Below, piece after piece: positions 11,441-24,231 of a stretch of DNA of 64,000 nt. Under the pieces are notes generated by a model. It saw only the letters and a program-made list of their open reading frames with translations. It did no database searches and was not told the DNA's origin. Every line of letters begins with the position of its first letter. Positions within the stretch are counted from its first letter, which is position 1. The stretch is from Vicugna vicugna. Lineage: Eukaryota. Both the position numbers and the translations under genes were made by a program. The DNA is taken from positions 1 through 64,000 of the forward strand of contig MU058244.1 in assembly GCA_013265495.1 (NCBI GenBank), written 5' to 3'.

Positions 11441-14239
11441 GTAAGTATCTCTCCACCGTTTTTGGGAAACGGTGCCTGCCTCTACTAGAACACATGCTCA
11501 GGTCGAGAAAATGTCTTTCTGAGTGATGCGTTTCTAATTTCTCGGTCCAGAAAAGTGGTAGAGTTCACGTGAAAGATGGCGTGAGCACACCCGAGCACAG
11601 TGCAAACCCAGCATGCGTGCTGGCCGGTGTCCGCGTGGCCGCAACTCCGTGGCTGTCCGCCTCCTGCTCCCGCCGACCGCGGCCCTGGGCCCTGGTGACT
11701 GGGTCTGCCCTGGATGGGAGCCCAGGACATGCGAGCTTGCTCTGCCCATGTCTACAGGCCCCGAGGCTCTGGCTTTACCATGGAGCTGGCTTCGTCCTTG
11801 GGACCCGAAGCTCCTGCCGCCCATCCCCGGGATGTTGTGTCTCCTGACGCCATTCGGCTGTGTCCCCTGTCTCAGGAGTTGGGGGCCCTCTTCCAGTTAT
11901 CTGCCCACTTGGGTGGCTGCGTTGTCCCCTGGGGCCCCCGCGGCCGCCCTCAGACCTGGCCTGCGTGCACTGGCCTTCCTCAGACCCTTGTGTGGGCATC
12001 TCTGAATGCCCGGCTTTGGCCTGTGCTGCCACCACCGTCCCGCTGCCCTGGGCGCGTCCCCAACCCCAGCTCCTGCCTCTCCTTTTGGCGTCTGCGAGCG
12101 TCACTTCCGTGGCTGAGGCAGCAGCAGGTGCATCTCAGCCCGAGGTCTCCTCTGTGCCCGGGTTCCGCTCAGGCCACACCCCGCGCCTATTTCTGGGCGT
12201 GTCGGACTGGAAGGCCCTGAGTGCGGGGCTGGGTCTGTCCAGCGCTTTGGCGGCTGAGGTCACAGCGCACAGCAAGACACGACCAAGGGGCCCCACAGGC
12301 CACGCATCCAGGCCGGCCCCCAACTCAGCTCCAGGCCTGGGACGCTAGCACCAGGGACAGGGGGGGACGGGGCATTTGGTAGCCTCCACACCCTCCCCCC
12401 ACCTTCACCACGGTACGTGCCCTCTGTGCCGTCCGGCGACGCGAACTCAGTGGGTCTGCCCAGCGATGGCGCCAGGGCCTGGCCTCTGGTGCCCTGTGGC
12501 GGGGCGTCTTCTCACATACCTCCCAGCAGCCCCTCTGCGTCCACCAAGGGCACCGCTTTCTGGGACCTGGGCAGGCGGCTCTCGATTTCTGGAGCTGATG
12601 GCCCAGGAAGGGACTTAACCGTGGATCTCAGAGTCAGGGGCACACGGAGTCCAGGTTTCTCTCTGTCCTGAGCCCGGACCTGGATCTGGCCTGGGGGCGG
12701 GGTGGCTCCCGTCTCCCACCAGAGAAGGAAACTGAGGCAGGAGCTGACAGCCCCAGGGTGGCCACGTCCCTGAAGAAGTGGGTGGTGAGGCTTGGAAGGC
12801 AGGCGCCAGCCCACAGTCGTCTCCTGCTGGCCTCACCTCAGGTTGAAAACACCGCCAGCCAAGGAAGCAGAGAAGGCAGTGAGGGTGCACTGTCCTCGGA
12901 CCGGCTGCTCCCGAGCCCCCTGTTCAGAGGTGCCGGGGCAGAGCCGGCCCGGGAGGTGTGGGGTCAGCCGGTTCTGGGCTCAGATCCGGGTCTCTCCTCC
13001 GGCACCCTGGTACCTCTGCTGTCACCACTTCCAACCTCTCCCTCCCTCCATCCCGCTTGTCTTCTTCCTCAGATGTCAGCGGTGCACTTGCTGTGTGCCG
13101 GGCACTTACAAGGCCCGAGAATACACTTTTGGGGACACGACCGGCCCTTGGGGTCCATAGGTGCTGGGGAGGTGGCCGAGGAGACTCCCAGGGAGCTCCT
13201 GCTTCCTGGCTGCAGTCTCGAATTCGGACAGCTGGACCCCAGATGGGTCAGGTCCTCTGATGCCTCTCAAGGCCACCACCTCCATCAGTCTCATGAGGTT
13301 TTCTGGCGGACGGCGGGCGGGGCGCGCGGGGCCTGTGGAGGGAGCTCCTGTGATGTGGGCGGCTGAGTGCAGGACGAACGCGCAGGCCGGAGCCGTGTGG
13401 GTGAAGGCCACACTTAGAGGGATCGCGAGACTCTTGGTCAGGAGTCTGGAGTGAAAAGTGGCGAGTTACGGGGACGCCTCGTAACGATGACTGTGTCAGC
13501 GCCGCCCCGGGCAGAGGCTGCCGCTGCGCCGAGGCCTCGAGCTGCATTTTGTTTGCTCGTTCCTGACACTGCCCTTGAGGGAGGGACCTGTTGGCCTGGC
13601 CGTGCATGGGGCAGGGACTGTCAGGCGATTGTGAGGGACCAGTCTCATGAGGGGAGGACAGGAGACTGTGACCATTGCCCTGAAGTCCCCAGGACGCAGG
13701 CTCCCCTCAGAGGACCCTGCCCCGGGTTTTAAATGGGCGGGGTTTGGAGGTGGCCACCTTGAGCCTCCCCTTCTGCGGGCTGGACGCTGCCCTCTGACCA
13801 GTGGTGCCTTGAGGGGACAGCCAGGTGACCGGATGCCAAAAGCACCAACTTGTTTTAAATTACGGTTTTCCAGAGAGACTCAGGGTGCCAGCCGTGGTGT
13901 GTGCATCGCCAAGAGCTATAATCCGTTTTTCTAAGTATAAAAATATCCCCCAATTTGTTTTATTCGTGGAACATAGCATTTCCACTCACAAGGACGCCCA
14001 GCGGCCAGCTCGACGGGCTCAGGAGTGCAGCTTGTCCCCTGTCCTTCCAGATCTTCAGTGTTTCGGGACCCTCCTTGCCGGGGTCCCAGCCTTATCTCAG
14101 GGGTCCCTCCTGTTTCACACGAGATGTCCTGGAGGAGGGCGGTTTCCAGCCTCCAGAGGGGGTGGGCCCAGGGACTGGGCACCCCAGGCCGTCCGTCCCC
14201 GCAGGTCACGGCCAGTTGGTCGGCTTGCCTGGTGTTCTG

Positions 14240-14710
14240 CTTTTTGTTTTTTCATTAGTGAAGTGCACGTGACGTAAAGGCTACCACCCCAGCCGCTTGG
14301 CGAGCTCGGCTCAGGCACACGAAGCACATTCACACTGTTGTGCAGCTGTCAGCTTGTCCGTCTCCAGAGCTTTCTGTCTTCCCACTGAGGCTGCCCCATC
14401 AAACACTCGCTCCCCCACCAGCCCCCGGCCCCCGCCCTCTGCTTCCTGTCTCTGTGACTCTGACTCCGGGGCCCTCACAGAGCTGAGATCACAGTGCCTG
14501 TTCCTCTGTGTCTGGCTTATGTCGCTGAGCACCATGTCCTCAAGGTCCAGCCACGCCGCGGCAGGCGCCAGGCTTCCCTCCTTTTTCCAGCGGAATTGCA
14601 TCCCACTGCGCGGATGCACCACATCTCACTGTCCGCTCACCCGTCACGCACACCAGGCCGCTGTGACCAGTGCTGCGGTGGACGTGGGTGTGCAAGTACC
14701 GAGTCTGCTG
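14240..14710 (-). mobile_element. L1MB-type 3' end fragment
   Basis: ctgcttcctgtctctgtgact...tgtgtctggcttatgtcgctgagcaccatgtcctcaaggtcc is an antisense L1MA/MB 3' UTR motif. Homologous to 45225-45670. Confidence 0.8.
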
Positions 14711-16199
14711 GGTCTGGTCCTGCTCTCAGGACACCCTCCGTTGACCGGTCACTGCCCGGGTGTGGGGCAGCTGTGGCCCCAAGCTGGCAGTGAAGCTTTC
14801 CCGCGGCGTCTCACCCACGGGGTGTGTCTTGGTTCCCAGCTGAAGTCCTGGTGGACCTTGTGGCCAGAAGCTGCTCTGGAATCGGGAGGACAGGGCGCCC
14901 GGAGCCCCACCACGTGGCGGTGGTAACATGACCACGGGCAGTGTGACAGCTCAGCGAGGGCGCTGGGTCCTGGATGGGAGCATGAGGTCGCCCAGGGAGT
15001 GCACGGCACTCTGGACGTGGATCGGGAATCCTGCCTCCTGTGACCTTGGCGAGTGGGCATCTGAGGGAGGGAGGGAGGCGGCCCACGAGCTTGAAGGATG
15101 TGGGCTCCACAGAGGAAGCTGGCAGGGGCCCGCCATCCAGGAGTGGAAGCTGACCCGTGTGGCTGGTGCACGTGGCCGGCGGACCACAGGCAGGGGCTGA
15201 GGGGAGTCTGTGCTTTGGTTGCCCTTCAGGCAAGGCCAAACAAACTGACCCTCCAGGTGTTTTGAGCTGAAGAGGACTGAGGCTCAGGACCATGTTTACC
15301 TGGCTGGGAGGGCGGCCCGGGAGGCAGGGTCTCCAGCTGGGCAGGGAGAGGGCAGGGGGGCTTGGCCGGCTGCCCGGGGAGGGGCTGATGTGCCTGGCTC
15401 ACCAGTTCTGCTTCCCCCAGTCTTTGTGGCCGGAGCCTGGGGCGGCAGAGGAGACGGGCCATTAGCTTTTCCTCACCGCCTCTGGGAGCAAGAACAACAG
15501 TGGAAAGCACGCCTGAGTTACCTCCTTGCCTGGCGGCTCCGGGGTGCGTGAGAACCAAAGGCGGGGCGGCTGGGGGGATACACTGCTAAGGGGGTACTCC
15601 GTGACTGATTCTGTCTCCACTTGCCCAGCAGTGAGGTTGAACTGGAGGCCCCTGGGAGTGGGGGCAAGCTGCGGAGCGGGGAGGCACCCGCATCTCCTGG
15701 TGGCGTCCCTGGCTGCCCGCCTGCCTGGGCGTTGGCGGCCGTGGTCTGCGTCGGAAGCCCCCGTGCCGACAGAAATGCGGCACCACCACGAGGCCACTTC
15801 TGGGGCTCACGAACCAGCTCCTGTGCCCTCAGTCCCGTGCTTGTGTCCACCTCCATCTGAAGTCTGGTCCCGCGTGGGTGTGGGTCAGAGTCACCTGCTG
15901 AGACCCTGGTGGCTGAGCCCCACCCCCCGGGGTCTGATTCAGGAGGGCGGGGCAGGGGGCGTGAACTCGGATTCCTGCAGGTTCCTGGGGGATGCTGTGC
16001 CTGGTCCACACACCACCTGCCGAGTAACCTGGTCGAACACTGTGTCTCTGGGATGTCCCTCGGGCCCTCCCTGATCCCCTCTCGCGCCCGAGCTGGTCTC
16101 CGGCTGCACCAAAGGGAACGTTCCAGACGTGAGTCCCACGATGTCGGCCCTGCTGGAACCTTCTGTGGTCCTGAGAAGGCCATCTCCCCGTTTGGTCCT

Positions 16200-16510
16200 G
16201 CTGCTTCCGGTTCCCTCCGAGGCCAGTCCCGCCTCAGGGCCTTTGCACGTCCTGTCCCTCTACCTCAAATTCTCTTTGCCCAGGCCCCTCAGAGCTGGAC
16301 TCAGATTACCGTCTTGGAAAGTCCTCTGTGAAATCTTGACTGTGGCCCTCAGGGACACCCTGCCTCCCGCTCTCTCCAGGCCCAGGCGCCTTTCGTGACG
16401 GTTGTTTGTGTGCTTATTGCTGACAGCTGGTGGAAAGTCCCTGTGAACAGGCACTCGCCTGCCTTCTCCTGCTGCCCTGACAGCTAGAACGTGTGGGGCA
16501 CTGGGCCCTT
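16200..16510 (+). mobile_element. L2 3' fragment (degenerate)
   Basis: cctttgcacgtcctgtccctctacctc...gtccctgtgaacaggcactcgcctgccttctc resembles the L2 3' end. Confidence 0.5.
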
Positions 16511-17149
16511 GGCAGGCACGGGGGTTCTGCGTTCAGCCGGAGAAACCACGGCCAGCAGCGGGGGCGTCAGTGTGGCCCAGGGGGCCTCCCACCGTTTTTC
16601 TTTTTAAAGAAGAAAAAACAAAAAGCAAAACAAAGCAAGAAGTAGCCCCTTTGCGTGCCAGCTGGGGCGGGGCCCGGCCCCCGGCGGCTGTGGTGACAGA
16701 GGCCAGTGTCCCGAGAAGGATGGCCCTTTGTGCCCGGTGGGGCGGCTCTGGGCCTGACCTTGGCTCCACACAATGGTTTTCTCTGATGCCTCAGAGGGCA
16801 GCCTTGGAGCCTCGGCGAGGAAGGGGTCCTCCCCGCTGCGGGGATAGGCTCCTCCGGGCCCCCTTGGGCGTGCTCTGTGGCCGCCGCCGCCCGCCTGCTT
16901 TCTGGGGACGTACCCTGGGGATTCCCAGGGCTCTGCTGGGCCGCGTGCTCTGTTCCCTGGGATCCCTGTGCGCTCTGGGGGCATGGTGGTGTCCCGCCCA
17001 CCTGGTAGCCGTCAGAGGCGGGTGGCTTCTGTCTTCCCCTAAGGGTGGGGGGGAGGCCGCAGCACGCCTTCCCAGACTCCCCACGTCAAGCATGGATCCC
17101 TGGGCCCGCATCACCGTGGTGACTCAGTGGGAGGGCAGTTTGGCACGAC

Positions 17150-17540
17150 CCAGGAGAAACAGTGTTCAGCAAACCGTACAGATAGCCCACAAGGCAGCCA
17201 GTGCCACCCCTGGCATCACCTGTGAGAAGTGAGGGCATGTAATCCCACTTGCGAGGGTTCACGGCCGCGGTCCGCATCACAGCTGAAACTAGAACGCATC
17301 CGTCGCCCGCTGGACTGTAGCTGCTACGTGGCCGTGAGAACAGATGAGCTAAACGGCACTCGGACGCTTAGCACAGGAGGATGGGCTGGGATCGTGTGGT
17401 CCTCTCCTGTCCCCTGGGAAAGGCACCTGCAGATGTTCGGCGCTGCAGCCTGAGTGGTGGGAAGCTCCTTGCGCTGCACAGCCGGACAGTGCAGGTCGAC
17501 GTCTGTGAGCGACAGCAATGCGGAGAGGGCTGCACAAAAG
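17150..17540 (+). mobile_element. Degenerate L1ME-like fragment
   Basis: ggactgtagctgctacgtggccgtgagaacagatgagctaaacggcac resembles the L1M 3' region. Confidence 0.4.
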
Positions 17541-18976
17541 CACAGGCACGTGGGGGAGCACCGCCGTGAGGGAGCCGGTGCCGCCCGGTCGTGCCCGGTT
17601 GCCGGTTACCGTGACTGTTGGTGGGTCGTCACTGCCCCGCCCTGGACCCTGCACCCCTTGGAGAAAACCAGAGGGGACTCTCCGGGGGGTTCTCTGCCGT
17701 CCCTGCACCCCTGAAACTGGGCTTGCCGGCCTCTCCCAGGCGTCCCTCCACGGCCGAGGCGGAGCCAGGCGGTGCCCCCCTGCCCCGTGGGAAGGGCGGG
17801 TATCGTCCTGACTGCTGAGGGCCTTGCCGAGTGGAAGCTGCGTTTCTTCTCCCTGCACGCCCTGCAGCCCGACTCCCTTCCAGGAACTTGAGCGCACAGT
17901 CGGGCCAGGTCGGACAGCGGTGGAGGGTGGAGCCGTGCAGACACGCTGGGCTGGTAGGGGCTCTCGGGAACGGGCACACAGGCCCCAGGCCACTGGGCCA
18001 ACTGCCGACTCCCCTCCCTCGACACCTGGGCCAGTGCTCCCCACCCTCTCCCCCACAACACGCCGTTGTCACCTGCCTGGCGTTTCCGCAGATTGGCAGC
18101 TCTGTGCCTCAGTTATGATGGAGATAATGAGTCATTGAATTCAGTAAGAATTGCTTCCATGATTCACGCAATCCATTCTTCCCCGATGGGCACCCTTTTT
18201 GCCAATGGGAACTGTTCTTTAAGCTCATTGACACCCGAGGCAACACACAGCGCGTTGTGTTAACTTACAGTAACAGAACGTGCATAATGAACAATCTGCG
18301 CCATTCTTGCAGGATGCGGGCGTGCGCTCAATGCATAGCAGGGACACTGTGCGGGCGCCGCCCTCCCAGGCTGAAAGGGAATCTTGTCCGCGGCTCTGCC
18401 AGCCCTCGGCGCCTGCACTCCCGTTGACTTGGTGCTGTGGGGGAGCGGCCCGGAGACTCAGGAAGCTCAGCTCCTTCCGGGCCGCGGGGCCTGCGGGTGG
18501 AGGTGGGAGAGGGTCCCAGGCTGCTCCCACGGAGCCCTGAGTGGCAGGGACGGAAGGGACCAGAGTGGGCAGCACCTGTGAGGGGGTGGGGGCCAGGCCA
18601 TGGCGGCAGCGATGCCCTGAGGCAGTCACGTCCGGTTTACTTGGCGCAGTTAGGGAAACCCGGCCCAGACAGGCCAGCCAGCCTCCAGTGGCAGGGAATT
18701 GAGTCCGAGGCCGGCCTGGTAGGTGGCAAGACTCGCTGCCCCGTGAACCAGGAGCCGAGCGGTGCCTTCACCTCTGACCTGGCCGGTCTCATCGGCACCG
18801 ACAGCGGAGGGCCTATGCTCCGTGCTTGTCCAGGCCCAGCTCTGAGCAGGGCTGGCCAGACCAAGTTCCACCCATCAGCAAGGGGCAGGGGATGCGGGCA
18901 GGCCCCCCTCCCACCGAGGACACTGCAGGGGCTCTCAGTGCCGGTAGCCACATTGTGGCACCATGTTCTCCATAAT

Positions 18977-19343
<367 letters not shown>

Positions 19344-19509
19344 TGACACCCACCCAGCATCCTGCGGGAACGCGGGTTGTGTCCAGGTGGGGGGGATAAC
19401 ACAGGGGACGAGATGGTTGGCGAGTGTTGGGGGGGCGGTTCTGGAAAGCCTCCCCAAAGGCAAGCAGACAGCTGGGGGCGCCCCTCTTGTTTTCCTTCCC
19501 ATTCTCTTT

Positions 19510-19600
19510 ACAGTCGTCTGGAATGTGGTTGTGATGGCTGGAGCTCCAGCTGATATTCTGGACTATGAGGTGACTTTGAGGCTGACCTGCATTCACTAAG
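19510..19600 (+). mobile_element. MLT1J/K-type LTR fragment
   Basis: tggaatgtggttgtgatggctggagctccagc...ggactatgagg motif. Confidence 0.55.
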
Positions 19601-22600
19601 AACCACAAGGGGCTTGGCCTCTGGTGGCACAGTGGGTCCATGGTACTGGGCAGGCTGCTGGCCTCCAGACTTCCTTACGTGGGGACATTTTAAGTTTTCC
19701 CTTATATGCAGCCAGGTCAGGGTGGGGGCAGGTGTGCACACCTGTGCAGGCCCACTGTCCATGGGAGGCCCCTGAGGTGAGCTCATGTGTGGAGAAGGCC
19801 CTTCCCAGGCAGAGAAGGCAGGACCTTCCTATGCCCACTCAGTGTTCGTCCTGCACACGCATTGCCTGGTTCATGGTGCTGGGGCCCATCAGGGAATGCC
19901 ACAGACACATGCCTGCCAGGGGGCTGACATGTTGGTGGAGGAGACAGTGGGGCAAACATGTGCCTTGTGGCCACAGTTCCCAGAGAAGAGGCGAAGGGGG
20001 GGGCTGCTGTTCCACAGAAGGTCTGAGATCCTTTCCTTGAGACCCCTCCCACAATAAGTCTCCTTGGAGCTGAGCCCTCGGAGGACCATCCAGGAGGAGA
20101 GTGATCAGGACAGCAGGTGCAAAGGCCCTGGGGTGTGGGCTTGGTTGGCCTGCTTGTGGACGACAGGATCCCCTGGTGGGAGGGAGGTGGGGGCTGCATC
20201 CTGTGGTCCCATAGCCCCGCGGGCCTGGACTCAGACCCTGAGGGCTCCAGACCCCCTGCAGGAGAGTGGGCAGCAGGGGGGCCAGGGCTGCCCTGGACCC
20301 AGTGACGTCTGGGCCGGCTTAGGGGCCGACTGGGTAGGGGTAGAGAATGTTGGATGTAGGGAGGCTCTGGACTGGCCACACGGGTCTGGGCGGGTTCCCT
20401 TGTGGCCCCAGGTCTACAGTGCCTTCCCCAGGACAGGGCAGGCCCCCGGTAGCTGAGTGCTGTATCCTCGGGGAAGTCACCTTTCTTGGGTGTCCATGCC
20501 TGCCCAGTGGTGACCGCCGGGCCAGATGCTTTTCTGAGACGGTCAGGGATCGTCCTGGAGAACCCGTGTCCAATGGGCTTGTTGCTGAGGGCAGCCCCAG
20601 GGTCTGGCGATGGTGTTTGCTCAGAGCCAGCTCCTGTGGGGCTGGGGTCCGAGGAGTCCCGACAGCCTGGAGAGGGGTGACCGAGGTGGACACGTTGCTG
20701 GGAGATCCAGAGCTAGATGGCAGTGCTGCTGCCATGTGCCCTCGGGGGCTTGGCTGTCTCCAGAGGGTCGGCCTGGGCGGTGCAGTTTCCAGGGAGGGGG
20801 CTGCGGTTTGGGATGCTCCGGGAGGCCTGCGGGAAGCTCGGGGATGGTCTAGGAAAGGCCCTGTGAGCCCAGCCCAGCTGAGCCTGGAAGGTGGGGCCTG
20901 CCCCGGGGCCCGTCTGAAGGGGAACGGTGGGGCTGTCTGGGCCCTCTGCAGTGCCGGGAGGGGTCGGTTCAGTCTTGGGGGCGCCTGTTTCTTGAGGGTC
21001 CTCGTCCATGCACTCAGCGGGCATCCCTGGGCGCCCGTGTGAGCAGACAAGTCCTTGTGCCATGGTGCACTGGGGCCCTGCCCTGCGAGTTCTGGTGGAA
21101 TGCGGCCTGTTTTCTCTGGGAGAGAGACGGCTGTCTGGGGCGAGGAGGGACCCCAGGCACCCCCGTCGGTTCCCACCTCCTCTGGACGCACCTGGTCCTG
21201 GGTGCATAAGCCGTTGTTTCTCCACCGCTGTCCACACCAAGTCCTTCTGGGCGGCGGGACTTCTGTGGCTGGAACCTCATATTCAGGGAAGTTCCCAAAC
21301 CACCGAGGCAGCTGGCACTTCCTGTGTTTAATTCTGGATCCCCGCGTGCTAAGAATAGAGCCCCGTGTCTCGGGGAGAAAATGACAGTGCGGCCCACTCG
21401 GAAGGGAGTGTCTGCGGACTGTGTCCGGTTTTGCATCAGTCCTGGGCTTGGGTGGGTTCGGATGCACTGTCGCGCAGTGAGTGGCCCTGAGCTGGGACGT
21501 TCGTGGAAGACCCGGGATGGGGGCGCCGCTGGTGTCCCCAGGGAGGGGACCACCTCTGACTCCCAGGATGTCTGATCCTGGAGGCTCCGTACAACACCTG
21601 TCCCTTCTCCACTGCTCCGTGTGGTCCCGAGGGGCAGAGTGCGGCGAGGCCAGGCCACTGGCCAGCCTCTGAGCAAGCCCAGAGTTCGGCCCCCTCAGGT
21701 CCCCCAGGCAGGGCCAGTGCCCCCCAAACTTCTGTCTTTTAAGCTTCAGGACTCTTGTTCCCCCGAGTCTGATGTGAGACCTCGAATGGGGACCAGTGAG
21801 TGTGGAACCGTGCTGTAGAGGTTGGGCTGGGGTCTCCAGAAACCCACGTTCCTGGGGGAGCCCGAGAACCGGGTCCTGAGCCGCAGCACTGAGACCCCAA
21901 CCACGCGCCTGGGCCCCTGGCTCCCATCTGTGAAGTGCGACCCTCTTCTTGCCTTTGCCCCGGCCTCTGCCCGGGCGCACAGGGATGCCTTTGGGTGGTG
22001 GCGGGGGTCTTCGTTTCGTGGCTGCAGAGCTGGTGGGATTTAACTTGTAGGGGGAAAGGGCGCTTGGGACACCCCATCAGGAAGGAGGGTCTCTTCCCCT
22101 GACGGAGACTCCTCCTCAGGCTGTGGGCTCCCACCCTTCCTGGAGCTGCCACCCTGGGTGGCCCCGTGGACCCCCTGTGAGCTCTCTGTAATCAGGACTC
22201 AGGAAGCTTCCAGGAGCCAGAGCTGGTGCCGTCCTGGGGTGTGCGTGCTTTGGCTGGAGTCCTGCTGTCCGCCGGGACCCCGGTCCCCAGCCCTTCCTCG
22301 GGGCCGGTTCAGGCCATGCAGGTGGGATGGGGTGTCTGGACTTTCCAGACATTTTAGGTTCCAGGACAAAATGCTTCCTCTGAGACAGCAGGATGCTTGG
22401 CACCGTGTGCCAGCAGACGGGCTGGGGAGGGGCTGTCTCCAGCCGTAAGGGGGCAGTTGGGTGGGGCTGGGGTGATGGCAGCCCTGCGGCGAGGTCCTGG
22501 TCTGAAGTGCAGTCTGCCCCGTCCCTGCTCCATCCATCCGTCAGTCCAGATCGGGGTGGGGCACCCGCTGTGCTCTCCCTGCGGGGGAGGGGAGGGGCCG

Positions 22601-22811
22601 TGGTGGAAGGGAAGCTGTGTGGTGTAGGCTGTGCTGGGGGGTTACGTAGACAGCCTTTCTCTGCAGTCCCTGCTTCCCAAAGTCAGTCCAGAGGGACCCC
22701 ATCACAGAGGTGTGGAAACCAAGGGTACATGTGCCAGGGAGACGGGGCGGAGGGAGACAGGACCAGACCCCACCCCTCAGCTCCCCTGACCTCAGGCAGA
22801 CACGGAAGTGC

Positions 22812-22840
22812 GAGGAGGAGGAGGAGGAGGAGGAGGAGGA
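22812..22840. repeat. (GAG)9 microsatellite
   Basis: Direct sequence. Confidence 0.95.
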
Positions 22841-22855
22841 ACAGGGCGGCGTGGA

Positions 22856-22957
22856 GGGGGACGCTGAGAACCAGGACAGGGAGGGGCCACACACAGCTGG
22901 ACGGCCAGAGCCCCGGGGCCGTGGTGCGTTTCCCCAAGCTCAGCCCGCACCCAGGGC
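22856..22957. repeat. Left arm of 102-bp inverted repeat (partner 24130-24231)
   Basis: Reverse complement matches 24130-24231 at 99/102 positions. Confidence 0.95.
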
Positions 22958-24129
22958 CAGTGACCCACTACGCACATGACTCAGACCTCACCCAGACCCA
23001 CGGATGGGAGCGTTCATCCGGAGGCAGATGCCAGGCCCTGCTGGCCCTTCACGCGTGGTGGCCTTGGGCGGGCTGCGTCCTTGTGACAGCCCCTCCAGGC
23101 ATAAAGCCCACCTCGGGGTTGCCGGCAGACATGCTGCAGGGCCCCCCAAGTGTGGGTCCTCGTGGCCCCCAAGGTGAAGGGCCAGTCCCATGGACACCTG
23201 CACGGTGCGTGAACCCGTGGAGGCTCCCAGCACAGCCTCGCCGGCCGTCTCATCCCCGAAGGGACGCTCTGAAGGGGAGGCATCTCGGTCAGCCGTTGAG
23301 GCGGGTCTCCTGGCCCGAGGGTCCCGGGCGGCCGCCCTCAGCTGTCATCCTCCGGCGGGAGATGGATGGGCCAGTTGTGGGGAGCTTTAAAGTCTAAGGT
23401 TCCCGGGCAAACATGCCTGCATTCCACCGGGGGGGGGGCGAAGCTGCTGGCAGGTCAGTGGGAATATAAATTATCTCGCAAAAGAAATGCCTTTCTTGTG
23501 GCCGGCGGGGATCTGAGACAGCCGGGGCGCCGAGCTGAGCTGAGCACGCTGCCCCCATGGGCATCCACACCTGCCCCGTGGCGGACATTCAGCGCCGGAA
23601 AGAGCCTTGGGTTCTGCCCCGATCCCTGGACACTGCCCGCTCCCTGCCACCAGCCGGTCGTGCAGAACCCCGTCTGCACCATCCTGGGCCAGTTACAAGG
23701 TGGTCTCGGACCCACTAGAGCACGGTCCAGCCCTGTGGGGGCTCTCTGTCGGATGGAGGGGGCCTGGGTGTCTCTGGGCTCCTGTGGGGGTGGCAGGGCA
23801 CCTCCCAGATTCTAAACTTGGGACTTTCAGCCTTTTGAGCGCTGGGCTTGCCCTGAGTCACTCGGAGTTGCTAGGGGCGCTGAGGCCTGGGGCCCCTCCC
23901 CACGCCACCTCACTGATGTTTGCTCACCTTAGCTTCCCGGGATCCTGTGGGGGCAGGGATTAAGATACTCCATCATCCATACGAGGAAACCGGGGCTCGG
24001 AGAGGAGGGTGCTGTCTCAGGCGTGTGGATACCAAGTGAGGGGTGGTGTTTGAATGCAGGGCTTCTGAATCCCTTCCAGGTTCAGGCCTCCTCCCCTGGC
24101 CCCCTCCGTGGGTCTGGACGAGGTCCCTA

Positions 24130-24231
24130 GCCCTGGGTGCGGGCTGAGCTTGGGGAAACGCACCACGGCCCCGGGGCTTCGACCGTCCAGCTGTGTGTGG
24201 CCCCTCCCTGTCCTGGTTCTCAGCGTCCCCC
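24130..24231. repeat. Right arm of 102-bp inverted repeat (partner 22856-22957)
   Basis: Manual alignment, 3 mismatches. Also visible as the shared peptide GKRTTAPGL.PSSCVWPLPVLVLSVP in opposite-strand ORFs. Confidence 0.95.

Noticed and set aside
14400-14590. Similarity to 45370-45555 suggesting a segmental duplication
   Set aside because: Both are independent copies of the same L1MB-type 3' region, with many indels between them.
20705-20730. CTCF-like words (here, and at about 46365, 49510 and 61860)
   Set aside because: All are partial matches, and such words are frequent by chance in GC-rich DNA.
20319-21980. 553-aa minus-strand ORF
   Set aside because: Pro/Gly/Arg/Ala-rich with no recognisable domain. 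Long stop-free frames are expected at this GC content, and it is antisense within a PRKAR1B intron.
22393-23397. 334-aa ORF with a poly-Arg run (poly-Glu or poly-Ser in other frames)
   Set aside because: Explained by the (GAG)9 microsatellite in GC-rich intron sequence.
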